Under the pieces are notes generated by a model that did not search any database, had not been told where the DNA came from, and worked only from the letters and a program-made list of their open reading frames with translations. From Alphaproteobacteria bacterium (GTDB lineage: Bacteria; Pseudomonadota; Alphaproteobacteria; UBA11222), in NCBI GenBank assembly GCA_023252275.1, contig JAHHGO010000003.1, positions 1 to 38,495 on the forward strand: a stretch of 38,495 nt of DNA, in the 5' to 3' direction. Position 1 is the stretch's first letter; every line of letters begins with the position of its first letter. Below are positions 38,423 to 38,495 of the stretch, piece after piece. The position numbers and the translations under genes are program-made.

Positions 38423-38495
38423 ATGCGGGTTTTACCGGGCACCACCGGGCGGCGGCGCATCTATCTGATGCGCCACGGTCATGTGGATTATTTCG
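38423..38495 (+). CDS. Histidine phosphatase family protein (5' fragment; runs off the window end)
   Basis: Manual translation MRVLPGTTGRRRIYLMRHGHVDYF contains the LxRHG motif and starts 2 nt after the previous stop. Confidence 0.8.
   Translation, partial: MRVLPGTTGRRRIYLMRHGHVDYF

Overview
A mostly housekeeping chromosomal segment with gene order typical of Alphaproteobacteria. I found no rRNA, tRNA, CRISPR array, phage or IS element. Left to right: the aa3-type cytochrome c oxidase operon on the minus strand (transcribed coxB, coxA, ctaB, small coxF-like gene, ctaG, coxC, then surf1 running off the left edge); a 182-aa unknown protein with an internal repeat; tldD; a stand-alone DUF1329 gene with a structured, repeat-containing leader; a calB-like aldehyde dehydrogenase; a crotonase followed by a cytochrome b-YceI fusion and yceI; an iscR-nifS-sufBCDS-sufT-sufA-tfoX operon; alpha/beta hydrolase, anmK, tyrS, flavin reductase, a YhdP/AsmA-like protein, glnE, bcp; an M23 peptidase-bactofilin pair; an FrnE-like oxidoreductase; a catalytically degenerate PleD/PopA-like protein; SDR, CaiB/BaiF-family racemase and a partial histidine phosphatase. 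The best leads are (1) the 182-aa protein, whose 12-aa motif YTRRLSDKLIWA is duplicated exactly although 10 of 12 codons differ synonymously, (2) the DUF1329 leader, with 12-bp palindromic tandem repeats and an SD-sequestering hairpin whose loop is complementary to those repeats, (3) a frameshift at C-tracts in the 5' end of sufD, (4) the PopA-like putative c-di-GMP receptor, and (5) a cytochrome b-YceI fusion that keeps an internal signal-peptide-like linker. All family calls come from recognising motifs by eye, not from database searches, and no new multi-gene system is established here.
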